A stretch of DNA of 64,000 nt from Rhynchobatus australiae (Eukaryota). Made by a program: the position numbers and the translations under genes. Where the stretch lies: NCBI GenBank assembly GCA_034780895.1, contig JAUZTB010000065.1:28516131-28580130 (forward strand), given 5' to 3'. The notes below the pieces were generated by a model. It ran no database searches. It saw only the letters and a program-made list of their open reading frames with translations, and had not been told where the DNA came from. This document shows positions 40,911-54,872 of this stretch, piece after piece. How positions within the stretch are numbered: the first letter of the stretch is position 1; every line of letters begins with the position of its first letter.

Positions 40911-43900
40911 TTAAGGGATTTGCCTCATCAATTTCCAAAGCAATCTCTTTTATTGATACTTGTACAATGATATTTTATCGAACAATGTAACATCCATTTT
41001 TAATTAATTAAAACAACTCTTTCTCTTCTGCCGACAATGTAATCAGAATTCCCTTACTCATTGACTGCACACCTGCAGAGCCAGTGTTCACGAGAGAAAA
41101 CTTCCCAACAGTAGCTCCACTTATAACATGGAATTCAATGAGACAAAGTGGTTTGCGTTACAGAAAATCACAATATGGATGATCTTCTAGGAAAGCAGCC
41201 CCTCCATAACACGGGTAGACTGTAGCCTTCATTTGAGATTAGGAGTGGTCCTCATTTTGTCATTGACTTTTGGAGATAAAGGTGAGAACGTTTTTCATTA
41301 TTGTGTAGCACTCTGGGCCAAATATCCCTGTGCCATTCAGAGCAGTGATGTTAACCTAATTCCAATATTCTTACAAGTATACATATTGTCTATAGCCAAA
41401 TTACATGATGCCAATTTATCCAATGAAATGTACTGAAAGGGTTTGATTACAGAATTGAGGCATAGGTTCCTTGCAATACACAATCCATCTATTGTCTTTA
41501 TAGAAGGTTCTGTCGATCTCTTTCAGATGCTCTAAGACAACACTGTATATTAGTAAGCAGTATTGACATTCATTACCTTTTTTTTATTTTATGCAAAGAA
41601 TATTAATGGAATTTAAAATGACAGACTTGTATTATTAGTTTACTTCATGATCGTAGAAACTGAAATGACTTCTATATTTTAGCAAGCGTCAAAGGTATAA
41701 CACAGGTTTCGTACGATTAATGTCATACCTTCAGACCTTTTTTAAACAAACCATGCTTTATATGTTACAAGTACCTTCAGACACTGGGCCCATTCCTGAG
41801 AAGCATGTGACATAAATGTTCCTCAGTCAGGCACTTAAATGAAAGGCTATACTTTAAATTTTCTTTAATTGTCCTTACCTGTTATTTTTTAACAATTTCT
41901 TATTATAGTTCAATATTATTAGAGTACTGTTACTTACTGAATTATCCCATAATTAATGTTATAAGGGGGTACCTCAACTTCCTCACCATCCTCTTGTGTG
42001 CTCGTAAACTGATATAGGCAATTGGTACATAACACTTCTGCAACATCTCCAAATTTCACAGTTGTTCCAATGTTATTTGGCCCAGGAAAACACAGTAATT
42101 ATTGATTTTAAGGAATTGAAAGAAAAACAAATTAATGAGCAGCATAAGAAATAGTAACAGGAGTAGGCCATCGAGTTGAACTTATAGCTGAGTTTTTATN
42201 NNNNNNNNNNNNNNNNNNNNNNNNNNNNNNNNNNNNNNNNNNNNNNNNNNNNNNNNNNNNNNNNNNNNNNNNNNNNNNNNNNNNNNNNNNNNNNNNNNNA
42301 CCCACCCTCCAAATTGTGTTGCACTCTCTCTCAATTTACACCATGCACCCTCTCCTTTCTCAGTTTGTCATGTCCTTGCTCACAATTTCATGCAATATTT
42401 GTTGTGAAGGCACTATTCTCTGAACTGTTATAGCAGTGATGTGTTCCAAAGAGCATGTAGTTCACAATAGAATTGCAAGGATAATGCTCATAAACAAACC
42501 GCACATACAAGAACTTTTGTTTCGAGGTGTCAGTGACGGCTTCAGGAGATCTGTCTCCCACTTCTGCAGTCACCTACTGCACCGGGAACCCTGTCCTTGG
42601 GAGTCTTCTTGATCAGTGTAAATTTGATACTCAATGGATTAAAGCCACGTTAGCATTGTTTCAGTGCACACTTATAAGAGGGGGAAAACATATCCAATTC
42701 CATTATGTTACATATTATGATTTTGCAGGCACTATAAATTATTATTAAACATCAAGCTCCATATCTCCTACTTACTGATGATTAATCTAGCGTTTCTCAA
42801 AGTTAGAATGTACCTTATCAATGCAGTATTGTATCCACACATAACACATTGGCACCAGGGCATTATTTAAAATTAAACATGCATAAACCAACAGTAACAC
42901 TGTCCCAATCCTCGTGTAATTCTTTTGATTCATCATCCCAATGTTTCCATCATGGACCCTATTCATGATGGAATGTGACAACTATATACACAACTCAAAA
43001 GGAGAACATACTTCAAGGATGGGAGAAATCTCAAAATGTCCATCAGGAGATTTTTCACAATTCAAGTACACACAAATATACAAATTTCACATAGATTAAA
43101 TGATTACGCCACACCTGATTGCTTCACTCGTCATATTGGCTGATCTTTTGATAAAAGGCAAGGTATCAAATTACCTGGGGCAATCGTCACAGATGGAGGT
43201 TTAAGATTAAGTGCTAGGTTTGGTTTACATGGTTGATATGGGTCAGATGGAAGGCTGGTCTCTTGATTCTTGAATGAATGATTAGCATTCGATGCAGGCA
43301 GAGATGTATCCTGGAAACAGAATGAAGCAGTTCTATTTAAGTGAGAGAGTAGTAATATACACAAAAGGCATGCATGTAACAACAACCACAAGTCAGTTTC
43401 TACAACTTGTCAAGCTCTTGAACTCATGCATAATACAAAAGGAAGAAGCCACATGTTTGGCCAGTTAAGTAGTGACACGGTTCCCACTGCATTTTCTAGT
43501 AGGGCAACANNNNNNNNNNNNNNNNNNNNNNNNNNNNNNNNNNNNNNNNNNNNNNNNNNNNNNNNNNNNNNNNNNNNNNNNNNNNNNNNNNNNNNNNNNN
43601 NNNNNNNNNAGGGCAACAGCGATAAATAGTGACTTTATAATAAGTTGGTTGACTTTCCTTCTCAAGCCTAGAGGGTATATGCACTAGAAGGAACTGGCAA
43701 AGGAACAGCTACCTTTAGAAAGTAAATAATAAAAAAAAACAATAACTTAATTTAGATACAACCCAAATAATACAAATGTATTTTGCAAAAGAGAAAACAT
43801 TGGATTTAAGTTCTTCAGATATCATCAAATCGTCTCAGAGACAGCAGAAAATTAAAATGGTCCCTCAAAGTCCTCTGGACAAGATTTTTCCAAACTTTGC

Positions 43901-44014
43901 AGACAACAAGCAAATAAAGATGTTTTGTTACAGGATAAAAGTACAAATTTGCCTAATTGTAAATAAATTAATTTTCACAAGAGAAAATTAATGCCAAATC
44001 CATTTGAACCCAGT

Positions 44015-44880
44015 GACATAGCTCCAACACCATCTACAAATTCGCTGATGACGCCATTGTTGGCAGAATCACAGATGGTGACGAGGCAGCATATAGGCTA
44101 GCTGGTTGAGTGGTGTCGTAACAACAACTCTGCGTTCAACGTCAGCGAAGCCAAGGAACTGATTGCGGGCTTTAGGAAGGGGAAGTCAGATGAACACACA
44201 CCGGTCCTCAATGAAGGGTCTGCCATGGAAAGGATGAGCAGCTTCAAGTTCCCGGGTGTCAACTTCTCGTAGGATCTATCCTGCGCCCAGAACACAATTG
44301 CAACCATGAAGGTGGAATGACACTGTCTCTCCTTTCAAAGAAGTTTAAGGAGACTTGGCATGTCAAAGACTCTGACAAACTTCTACAGTTGTACAGTGGA
44401 AAGCATTCTGACAGGCACCATGGCTTGGTATGGAAACTGCAATAAACAGGAACGCAAGAGCTACAGGAGGTACTGGACTTGGTCATTTCCATCATGGGCA
44501 CCAACAAGGTCATCTACAAAGGNNNNNNNNNNNNNNNNNNNNNNNNNNNNNNNNNNNNNNNNNNNNNNNNNNNNNNNNNNNNNNNNNNNNNNNNNNNNNN
44601 NNNNNNNNNNNNNNNNNNNNNNNNNNNNNNNNNNNNNNNNNNNNNNNNNNNNNNNNNNNNNNNNNNNNNNNNNNNNNNNNNNNNNNNNNNNNNNNNNNNN
44701 NNNNNNNNNNNNNNNNNNNNNNNNNTTCCTGTCCTCTTTGCTCCTATCCTCGTCCATGACAATGCTAAAGGTTATGGAGCGGTTAACTTATGTTTGTACT
44801 GTACTGTTGCTGCAAAAAGCTAATTCTCCTGGCATTTATACCCTGGGTGTGCATTCCTATAACAAACTTAAACTTGACCT
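44015..44880 (+). mobile_element. Rex1/Babar-clade LINE, 3' part of RT plus tail (gap inside)
   Basis: SSNTIYKFADD...VGRITDGDEAAYR...LVEWCRNNNSAFNVSEAKELIAGFRKG and SKTLTNFYSCTVESILTG. Ends aacaaacttaaacttgac. Confidence 0.85.
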
Positions 44881-47829
44881 AAAATCATAGTGATTATTCT
44901 CATCTTTAAATTATAACTGCTTTCAATGATGTATGTTAATATGAACCACTACACTACATTAACATCACAGTATCCTAAATAATTTCAGAAATTGCTTTCA
45001 AAATGCGATAGTGCCATATCCTTCCTTTTACTGACCTGAGAAGAGGTGAAGATCCGACCAGGCTTTGTCGTCACTTCAGAGGATACAGAAGCAGGCCCTG
45101 CCGTCTCATCTGCAAGAACCAAAGAAACAAATTTTCTTTTTTTTCACTCTGAAAAATACCATGGCACATTGTGGAAATGTTTTGTTCTTTCTTCCAAATA
45201 TTTTCATTATTTTAAGCATCTTTTTCAATGCCTTAAGCCTTATAAAACTGTTGACCAATTAGGGATAAGTCCAAACAGCTGCAAAGAGAGCAATATTTAG
45301 ATTATTTTTCCACAATCAAATACTGAATACACAAATGTTCAGTACTGGTATCCTTATCTAACAAATTAAGTACTTACCTAAGAAAAGATGCAACGATGTT
45401 TCACAAGATTGATTCCTGGGGGAGAGAGGTCTGTCCCTTAAGACTGGTGAAAAGTTTCAAGAACATAGTAAACCCTGAGATTCCTCGACAGAGAAGGAAC
45501 TGAGAAGATGGCCTGGATTTTATGGTTATGATGGTCATGAAACTGCCAGGTGTTCAATATCATTACAAAATGAAACTGACAATCTCTCTGGAATATGCAC
45601 ATTCAGTGAAATACTGAAAACATGGAACTTACTATCAATGATTTTCTGCTCCCCCATGGCCTTTTGTCTTCATCAGCATAATCTTCAGAAATCAGTGATG
45701 TGATGTGAACTTGAGGTATTCATTAACTATTCTCACTATCGAGTACTCTTAAAATATATTGTTTCAGGAGATGTTTTTAATTGTGAATGAAGCATAATTA
45801 ACACTCAGCAATCTGCTAAGCATCTAACAGCAATTTTTTTCATGAAGTGCAATTCCCTCAGATAAATAAATCAAAATGCTATGGATTTTAAACTGATTAA
45901 ATTTTTTCACCATTTTTAAGAAAATTATAATTAAGATTTTACCTTAATCTCTTTAAGTCCTAATCATGGTTACATGCTATGGGAAAGGCTTTAGATGTTA
46001 GTTAACAATCGTGACTTCTACTTCCAGGCATGCGATCAGTGAGAATTCTTTAACGTGAACTACCGCTCAGACAATTTATGACATCATTGTTGTTGGACAC
46101 CATAGATCCCATGAAGCTGATACGCAACAGAATCCAAATTGGAAAATGGAGAGTTCATGCTCATCACTGACCTTTATAGTTGAAGACCAGTGTTCTACAG
46201 CAGGAGCAGGATGACAGACTTGTTTTCCAGATCTAAAATGCAAGGCTCATTCTCTGTATGCTTTGGTAAACAAATTGATGATGGAGCTCAGCCTCTGAAC
46301 ATGAAAGTGTTGTCTACATATAGCAGCTCAATGATTGGAACTGAGGCAACCTTGGTTCTGAAATGGAGCTGTTATAGATTCAGCAGCATTCCATTTGTCC
46401 TGTAAATTAGGAGCATCCTTCTCAAGTTCAGCAGCCTGCAGAAATTTGTCTCGATCTCATAACTATTTCATGATGTAATGCAGCTCTGATCTTAACTAAA
46501 AGGTCCAAAATAAACACAAACAGTGTAGACTGGTGTAAGAGGCAACTCTTTCACCCACTCAGCTTTCTTGATCTTTCTTGCTACAGTGCCACACCTCTTC
46601 AGCTCCAACAAGATCATGACTGGATTGAGCTGATCTACAGGACAATTAGGAAACTGTTCAACCTAGACCACCTCCATTCCAGAACCAAGATCACTGCAAC
46701 TTCAATAATTACACTGCAGTACTTAAACAACACTTGTATAATTCAAGTCTAAGGTTACATATACAAACAAGGAAGCAATTAAGGGCAAATGAAGCATCTT
46801 CCAGTCAAGGACAATTTGTGGAAAGATATCAGATTTAGAATAGCTGTGGAATACAGCAAATAACAATTATGCATATAAATATAACTGGAGATTAATTGTA
46901 ATAAAATGGATCTGGCCCAGGTGGATTGGAATCAAATACTGTCCACTTACTGACTGGTCACCAATAACAAGCCAAAGAGTCAGGAGTTCAGATACAGCCT
47001 TTTCCCATAAGGAGATATGGCACCTGAAATTGGAGCTCCCTGAACAACCAAGAAAAGATTAAAATAAAATGGGCAAGGAAGGGTTAGGTCAAATGCAAGA
47101 ATTGAAATAGAGTAGAAAACTAAAATGAATAAAGTATACAAGATATATAAAAACACGGAATGACAACAGATTAAAAGCTAACAGGAAACCACAGTCTTTT
47201 ATTAATAAATAATGAAATAATAGTTTAAGGTTGGAACAGGCTAAAAACAAAATTAACATTATCTTCAAAACAACTAACATGGATGAACTATTAAATGAAT
47301 TCCTTGCATTCAAGTTCATGAGAGAACTGAGTCCTGCCTGTGTATTAATCTTGCAGCCACCACCTGCCTCATTTGTGGAAAAGGCTNNNNNNNNNNNNNN
47401 NNNNNNNNNNNNNNNNNNNNNNNNNNNNNNNNNNNNNNNNNNNNNNNNNNNNNNNNNNNNNNNNNNNNNNNNNNNNNNNNNNNNNNNNNNNNNNNNNNNN
47501 NNNNNNNNNNNNNNNNNNNNNNNNNNNNNNNNNNNNNNNNNNNNNNNNNNNNNNNNNNNNNNNNNNNNNNNNNNNNNNNNNNNNNNNNNNNNNNNNNNNN
47601 NNNNNNNNNNNNNNNNNNNNNNNNNNNNNNNNGGAATAAGGACTTAACATTCTGTGCAGAAAAAGAGAAAATCAGTCATGGCTGAAAAGTGTTGAATGTG
47701 TAAACAAGAAGAAAGTATTTCCACAGACAAAAAGACCAGCAAAGAACACAGAAGGAGGGGCAATATTAAAATTTTTCTTTACCTTGTGAATAAAGTACAA
47801 CATAGAAATAAAACCAACAATCAAGCAGC

Positions 47830-48097
47830 TCTTTACACTAATCCTACACCAATCCCATTAAAAAAAATTCTCCCAACATTGCCATCAACTCCCCCAGGTC
47901 CCATAGGTAACTCGCACACAAAAAGCAATTTACAGTGGTCAATTAATCTACAAACCCTCCGGGCTTTGGGATGTGAAAGAAAACCCACACCATCACAGGA
48001 AGAATATGCAAACTCCACACAGACAGCAAAGGTCAGGATTGAACCTGGCTGCTAGAGCTTTGCATCAGCAGTTCTACTCACTCCATCACTGTGTTGC
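47830..48097 (-). mobile_element. HE1/V-SINE copy
   Basis: ctttgggatgtgaaag...cacaggaagaatatgcaaactccacacagacagc...ggtcaggattgaacctgg is the reverse complement of the SINE head and core. Confidence 0.8.
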
Positions 48098-50557
48098 CTT
48101 ATTTTTGAAGCAGTTGGTGTGAACTGGAATGTACTAAATCAACGATTGGAAGTTTTGGAGTAAGATAAATATACGAATATTTACTAGACTATGGGGTCAA
48201 GGACAAAGAGGGATGAATCGGGTAACTTAAATGATCTTGGCACAACCAGCCAAATAAGCTTCATCTGCACTGTATCTCTCGATAATTCCACAAATATCCA
48301 CAAGGGAAGGTTCTCATTTAAACTAGTATGCAAAGCCAACAATGCAATCAAGTTTACCTTCAATAGCAGAGGGATCTAACTTGCAGAACCAATTTGTATG
48401 ATAATGAATTACTATAGGAGAAATAAGTTCACTCAATCAGATAATTTCAAAGTACTAGGTTATATTACTAGTTTCCTCTAAATTAATAGAAAACAGGGCT
48501 TAAATTACATTATAAACATACAGTGCATTTAGAATAATTGTCTGAAGGCAGTTTTGAAAATCAGTACTCTTTTGACATGAAAAATACTTGAACAATTTCC
48601 AGCCATCACAAATCCATTTTTCCCTTTCTGAGCAAACATTTAATTGCATGATTTGTGATGACATTCAGTACTGACTTTTTGCATACTTATCTGCATCTCT
48701 TCTGAAGTCAAAGAGTTACACTGAATGGCAATTTCAATATCTCAGAACAAGCAGGAAGAGGACAGGAAGGAGAGACAAGATAAAAAGGAAGCTATATAAA
48801 TATGTAACAGAGAAAGGAACAGAAAGGCATGTGGACAGCTTGAAATAAAGGGGCTTGGGAAAGAAACTCATGAGGATCATAAACACTGGCATCTTGAGGA
48901 TCATAACAAATGTCCAGTTAGGCTGTATAACCTATTCCTATGCTCTAAATTGTTTGTATATCCAGTTCCTGCACAGATTGGGTTTATAGATGCTGCTTTG
49001 GATAGTCATGAATTTATCAGATTCTAGAAACTTAATGAAGAGTAACAATATCTTCCTTTCTCATTTATTCATTTTCCACGTGACGCCAGTGTCAAGGCCA
49101 GCATTTATTGCCATTCCTATTTGCCCTACAGAAGTGGTGGCAAGCCACTTGTTGAACAATGATAGGTGGGCAGCATAAACAAGACTGATTGGAATTCCAG
49201 TGCATTCACAACATGCAAGGTAGGCATGTCGATACAATGAAAATTTATTGAACATTTTCAAGAGCTAATGTACAATTTGGAGCTATTCCCATATCATGAC
49301 CATGCATAATCTTAAAGTGATCCTGGCACATTTTTCTAAAATTTTGCTTCATTCCAGATGACAACTGGAATTTTTAAGATTGCTACATTCCTTAGCAAGG
49401 ACTGCAACACAGTGGGGACTACCTGAATAAGGCTTTAAGTCTGATTTTTTTCCCCCAGTGGTGAACATATAAGTCTACATTGATCTTTGCCTTTAATCAA
49501 AGAATTCTTATCCGTCAGCCACAAGCTGTAACTATATAATCTTGCATTCCCAGTTGTACTTCCTGCTACAACTTGCTGTTTACGATAATAATTGCATATT
49601 TTGCATTGATAGTCACTTTCAGTGCAAAGGCACGCAATGCATTGATTAGAGCCTGCACTGTTTTGATTCCATGCAACACCAGTGCCACATAAAATTGTTG
49701 ATTAAAAGATGTGAAAATCATCTGGACAGAGTTGGATTTTGCACTTTGAATACTCTACAAGATGAAATTTCAAATAACCCCTTGGGATTGTCAGCTCTGC
49801 CTTATTCCTGATGATTCAATCGTATGACATCTGATTTTAAACACAGTTTACATGAATAATTGCCACTTTGAGAAAAAGCCAACTGTGGAATCATCCCCAG
49901 TGAGTCAGTGCCAAGTGAACAATACACCAGTGAGAGTAAACACCAAGAAATCATACTCCAAGGAAGAGCTGATGCCGGGGGAAATTATACCCCAATAAAA
50001 AGTTATCATCAAGTGAACCACACAGGGGAGTTGGAGCTACAGGGGCCATGCCAAAGTGAAGATCAGCGTTAGACTAACTGAATCTATGTGAGAGTCATTA
50101 TCAGGGCACAAGGAGGAAAATAAAAATGCTCAGAGTACATTATGCTGCAGATGAATTCACCTGCAAACACTGCACCATCCGTGCATATCTTGTATCTTTA
50201 GGATGTGTTTTGCTGACAGACATTTGTTGTAAAGGCTAAATATTGTTCATTAGGAGATGAAACTTAATAATCAGGTTCTTCATTGCGTCAGGAAGCTGAA
50301 GCAGATCTGTTTAAATTTGGGTAGACAGTCAATCCCAGGGATTTCTTCTGGCTTTTGGCCCCAATTCAGTTCATCAATGCCTTGGTGAGAGTTGGGGATA
50401 TGATATTTCAACACACAAGCCACTGGGCAGATAAACCTCCAGCCAGCTGTAGAGATGCATGTCATATTATCGATGTGCAACATGACCAACAAATTTCTAT
50501 TTCCTGCAGGTACTCTAGAAGCATTCAGAATGAAGAGTGCAAGCTCACATTCACTTC

Positions 50558-50843
50558 AGTCACAGAATCAGAGAGCATGGAAACAGGCCATTTGGCCTAT
50601 CAAGTCATCACCAACCACTAAGCACCCATTTACACTAATCCTGCATCAATCCCATTTTAATCTCCCCACATTATCACATCAACGTCCACCCCACTTCCAC
50701 CACCCCCCCCCCAACAACACACAGATCCTACCACTCACCTACACAGTAGGAACGATTTACAGTGGCCAATTAGCTTACCAATGACACATCTTTGGGATGT
50801 GGGAGGAAACCGGAACACCGGGAGAAACCCATGTAGTCAGAAG
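50558..50843 (-). mobile_element. HE1/V-SINE copy (5' part lost in gap)
   Basis: LINE-shared tail (agcatggaaacaggccatttggcc) and V core (tctttgggatgtgggaggaaaccggaacaccggg). Confidence 0.8.
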
Positions 50844-53313
50844 NNNNNNNNNNNNNNNNNNNNNNNNNNNNNNNNNNNNNNNNNNNNNNNNNNNNNNNNN
50901 NNNNNNNNNNNNNNNNNNNNNNNNNNNNNNNNNNNNNNNNNNNNNNNNNNNNNNNNNNNNNNNNNNNNNNNNNNNNNNNNNNNNNNNNNNNNNNNNNNNN
51001 NNNNNNNNNNNNNNNNNNNNNNNNNNNNNNNNNNNNNNNNNNNNNNNNNNNNNNNNNNNNNNNNNNNNNNNNNNNNNNNNNNNNNNNNNNNNNNNNNNNN
51101 NNNNNNNNNNNNNNNNNNNNNNNNNNNNNNNNNNNNAAAGAATTCTGAATGATGAGGAATGGAGTGTAACTGCAGAGGGCTCCCCAGCCTATGAACTTTA
51201 AACTCCCCCATGTGGTGCTGGTGGAGAGTTCAACTCCTTATTAAATAACAATATACTGGAAAATTGAAAACAACAAACTTCTTAGTTCACTTTCTCATCT
51301 TTAGAAACACTTTCTGGTTTTAAGTGTCTTAAATTGCTTTTGATGGCATTAATACGCCAGTGTCAGATGCACAGATCATACCAAACTGGCAACATTTTGC
51401 TACCACATCTTCATATTCTCAGCCAAACACAACCTTGGCATCCTGTTTAACTGCAGGCCAAGATTGTGATTGTGGACCTTGTGTCACAAAGACCTCCAAT
51501 CTCTACATCTATGCTTTTGCCTGCCTTGTCCATACTTCAACCCATCCTCCACTTTTGGCAATGTTTTCAACCAAACTCTGTCAACCAGATGAGATGCAAG
51601 TTTCAATGGCACAATTAACACTACTTGTGCTATTGTCAACCATTGTTCACACTCTTCTGTCATCACTTTAAATCAATGAGCCTGAACCATCTCACTTCTC
51701 CAACCCTGCAGCATTCCACCAATCCTTCTCCTTTGACTTCAGCTCATTTCTGTAGCTTTCTGCACCATACCATCAGAGACCTTGATCTTAGCCACTCAGC
51801 TTGCATTTTGGAATTCTCTCCTAAACTTCTTTGGGTCTTTCTGTTTCTTTGAAAGCTCTTTAAAATCAACCCCTCTGATTGTGGCTGATTCCCTCTCCTA
51901 TTGCTTTTAAATGTAAAGAGTGATAGAACAATGGGATGCTTCTCTCCATTAAATTCATGTTCCATTTTATTCACTGGCATCACAATAGATATTCAACAGT
52001 CTGACTAAATACCTGAATTCTTCAACTCTCTCTTCTGGCCATAATCAGCAGTATGTTTTTCATAATGGTTGTTAAAAATGAGATGATCTCTCTCTGTTGC
52101 TCATTTCCAAAACTACTGCCTGCTATTTTGGCAAACCAACAGAACCTTGAATTTCTACATTTTAAACCAAGCCCCAAATCTCAAAATCCCAACCCAATAC
52201 CCACCCTAACTCTGACAAAAACCATATCCTTGACTGTAACGTTCTTTATATAAAATTACTGTGTGTTGACATTAATTGCCGATTCCTTATAAACATGCTC
52301 CATTACCCCAGGTCTCTCTGGGTTCAATATCCCTCCCATTTTATACTTTGTTTAAAATATAATGTTAATATTGAGCATGTTGAAGTGTTGAACCTTGCTT
52401 CATCCTGATTTCTTCCTTGCCCTTTTACAGGGAAAGGCTATGCATTTTATTTTAAATATTTATATTCCTGTATTTTGCCACCTGTAACATCAGCATTGCT
52501 ACCTTTCATCTTTAAGCTTCTCACGCTTACTCTTTTCTCAACTGTTCTTTCATGTAGTCTCTGAGCTCCCACATGGCTAAAATTGTCACTAAGCAGTTTA
52601 ATTATTTCCACTGACCTTCTCAACATCTAGGCATGTTGACATTTGAATCCATTTCAAGCCAAGGTTCCCAGATATAAATTTATTGCATTCCACTTCAGTG
52701 GTATACCTTCCCTGACCAACCCCACACCCAATTCTCCACCCTAATTTTAAACTCCAAATAAAAGTGGGTGTTATTAAAATTGCACCACCCCCACATAACT
52801 TCACCACTGCACCTCAGTTTTAAACCCTGCAGGGGCTAAGGCTTTGTCATTTTTTGGAATAGCTCTCCTGGTGCCTACATCAAAGCTTAACACCTCAACT
52901 CTAACGTCATTAATGCACCAGTCACAAATCTGATTTTTCAGNNNNNNNNNNGAGCTGTACAATACTCTAGAATATCTAGATATAAAAGTCTGAAACAGAT
53001 TTTTAGGGTGAAAGGATCACTTCTGTTCACTCAGCACATGTAGATTTGCCTTTTCTAATTAACTATCTCATCAAGAATACACCATACTTTTAAAACTCCC
53101 TTTTATGAGAAAAGCCAATCAATAATCAGTATCTTCTTACTCCCATTATTGCAACGCCTTTGAGATTTCTGACCGAAGTGTCTCATTAACAACCAATTAC
53201 TCAGCACTGCTGANNNNNNNNNNNNNNNNNNNNNNNNNNNNNNNNNNNNNNNNNNNNNNNNNNNNNNNNNNNNNNNNNNNNNNNNNNNNNNNNNNNNNNN
53301 NNNNNNNNNNNNN

Positions 53314-53722
53314 AGGGCTTTTCTCTTTGGAACAAAGGAGGATGGGAGGTGACTTGGTAGAGGTGTACAAGATGATAAGAGGCATAGATTGAGTGGACAG
53401 TCAGAGATTTTTCCCAGGGCAAAAATTGCTAACACAAGGAGGCATAATTTTAAGGTGATTGGAGGAAGGTATAAGGGAGATGTCAGATGTAATTTTTTTA
53501 CACAGAGAGTGCTGGGTGTGTGGAACACACTGCCGGCAGAGGTTGTGGAGGTATATACATTAGGGACATTTAAGAGACTCTTGGATAGACATGTGAATGT
53601 TAGCGAAAAGGAGGGCTATGCGGGAAGGAAGGGTTAGATAGATCTTAGAGCAGGATAAAATGTTGGCCCAACATTGTGGGCTGAAGGGCCTGTACTGTGC
53701 TGTAATGTTCTATGTTCTACAT
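53314..53722 (+). mobile_element. Relatively young CR1/HER1 LINE 3' end
   Basis: GLFSLEQRRMGGDLVEVYKMIRG...TRRHNFKVIGGRYKGDVRCNFFTQRVLGVWNTLPAEVVE...FKRLLDRHV, then gggctgaagggcctgtactgtgctgtaatgttctatgttcta. Confidence 0.9.
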
Positions 53723-53724
53723 TC

Positions 53725-54022
53725 TACAGGATGCACTGCAGCAACTCACTAAGACTCACCCTTCCAAACCCACCACCTCTACCAACTTAGGGCAGCAATG
53801 GCACAAGGAGCACCACCACCAGGAAGTTTCCCTCCCAGCCACACACCATCCTGACTTGGAAATATATCACTGTTCCTTCATTGTCTCTGGGTCAGGATCC
53901 TGGAACCCCCTCTCTAACAGCACTGTGGGTGCGCCCACACCTCAAGGACTGCAGCGGTTCAAGAAGGGAGCTCACCATCACCTTCTCAAGGGCAATGAGG
54001 CATGGACATTTAAGTGCTGGCC
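53725..54022 (+). mobile_element. 3' end of a second LINE family (L2/CR1-group, clade uncertain)
   Basis: Encodes SFIVSGSGSWNPLSNSTVGAPTPQGLQRFKKGAHHHLLKGN, a LINE ORF2 C-terminal WNxL motif, followed by its tail. Confidence 0.7.
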
Positions 54023-54224
54023 CACACCCCTTGCTCTATCAGGCAACAGTAGAACAACAGATTGGAAGAGGAGGTGAGGAAAGGGAAATGATCTGACCAG
54101 ACCCTGTCTCTTTTTAACCCGCAGCCAATTACTCCATTTGTGGTACAGTGGTAAACAAGCCCCAGCATTCTCAGGCAGGGCTTGCAGGGAGAAAGGCTTT
54201 TGGCCCAATTGTCTTAATCAAAAT

Positions 54225-54645
54225 ATCAACATGCATTTATAAAGCACCTTTATCCCTTCGGAAGATGTGTCCCTCTGGGAAGATTGCCGAACAAAATTTG
54301 GTGCAGAGAGGAAGAGAGGTTTATGGGGAAATTCTAAGATGTTAGACTAAGTCAGCTGAATGTACAGCTAGCAATGCTGGAATAACTAAAACTGGACATG
54401 ACCAAGAAGGCTGAACTGGAAAAGTGTAAAAACAGATGAGGAAGGCCATGGAGGGATATGAAACTAAGAATGAGGACTTCTTTTAAACTGAGGTGTTGTC
54501 CAATTAAATAGGAGCCGAAACTAGTCAGAAAGTGTATGTTGATGGGTGAAGAAGACTTGGAATTAATAAAGCAGTTTTGAATGAGTTCCAGATTTTCTTT
54601 TTAAAAGGTGGAAGATCTGATTCCAACCAGGACATCTTGTAATAG
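54225..54645 (-). mobile_element. Degenerate L2 LINE 3' fragment
   Basis: caacatgcatttataaagcaccttta tail and purine-rich antisense body. Confidence 0.5.
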
Positions 54646-54649
54646 TTAA

Positions 54650-54860
54650 ATTTATCACCCAGAGGGTGGTCTGGAAATGGAATGATCTGCCAAAGGAAGT
54701 AGTGTAGGAAGGTACGTTAACAACATTTGAAAGGCACATGGATAGGAAAGTTTTAGAGGGATATGGGCCAAATGTAAGCAAATGGGACGAGCTTAGATGG
54801 GCATCTTGGTTAGCATGGACTGGTTGGGCCGAAGAACCCATTTCCATGCTGTATGACAAT
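54650..54860 (+). mobile_element. CR1/HER1 LINE 3' end
   Basis: cacccagagggtggtctggaaatggaatgatctgcca...ttgggccgaagaacccatttccatgctgtatgac. Confidence 0.8.
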
Positions 54861-54872
54861 GACTATATAACT

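Noticed and set aside
42388-42620. GC-richer segment as a possible cassette exon (EVGDRSPEAVTDTSKQKFL)
   Set aside because: No acceptor/donor pair giving the phase 1/1 open frame that this intron requires, and no homology.
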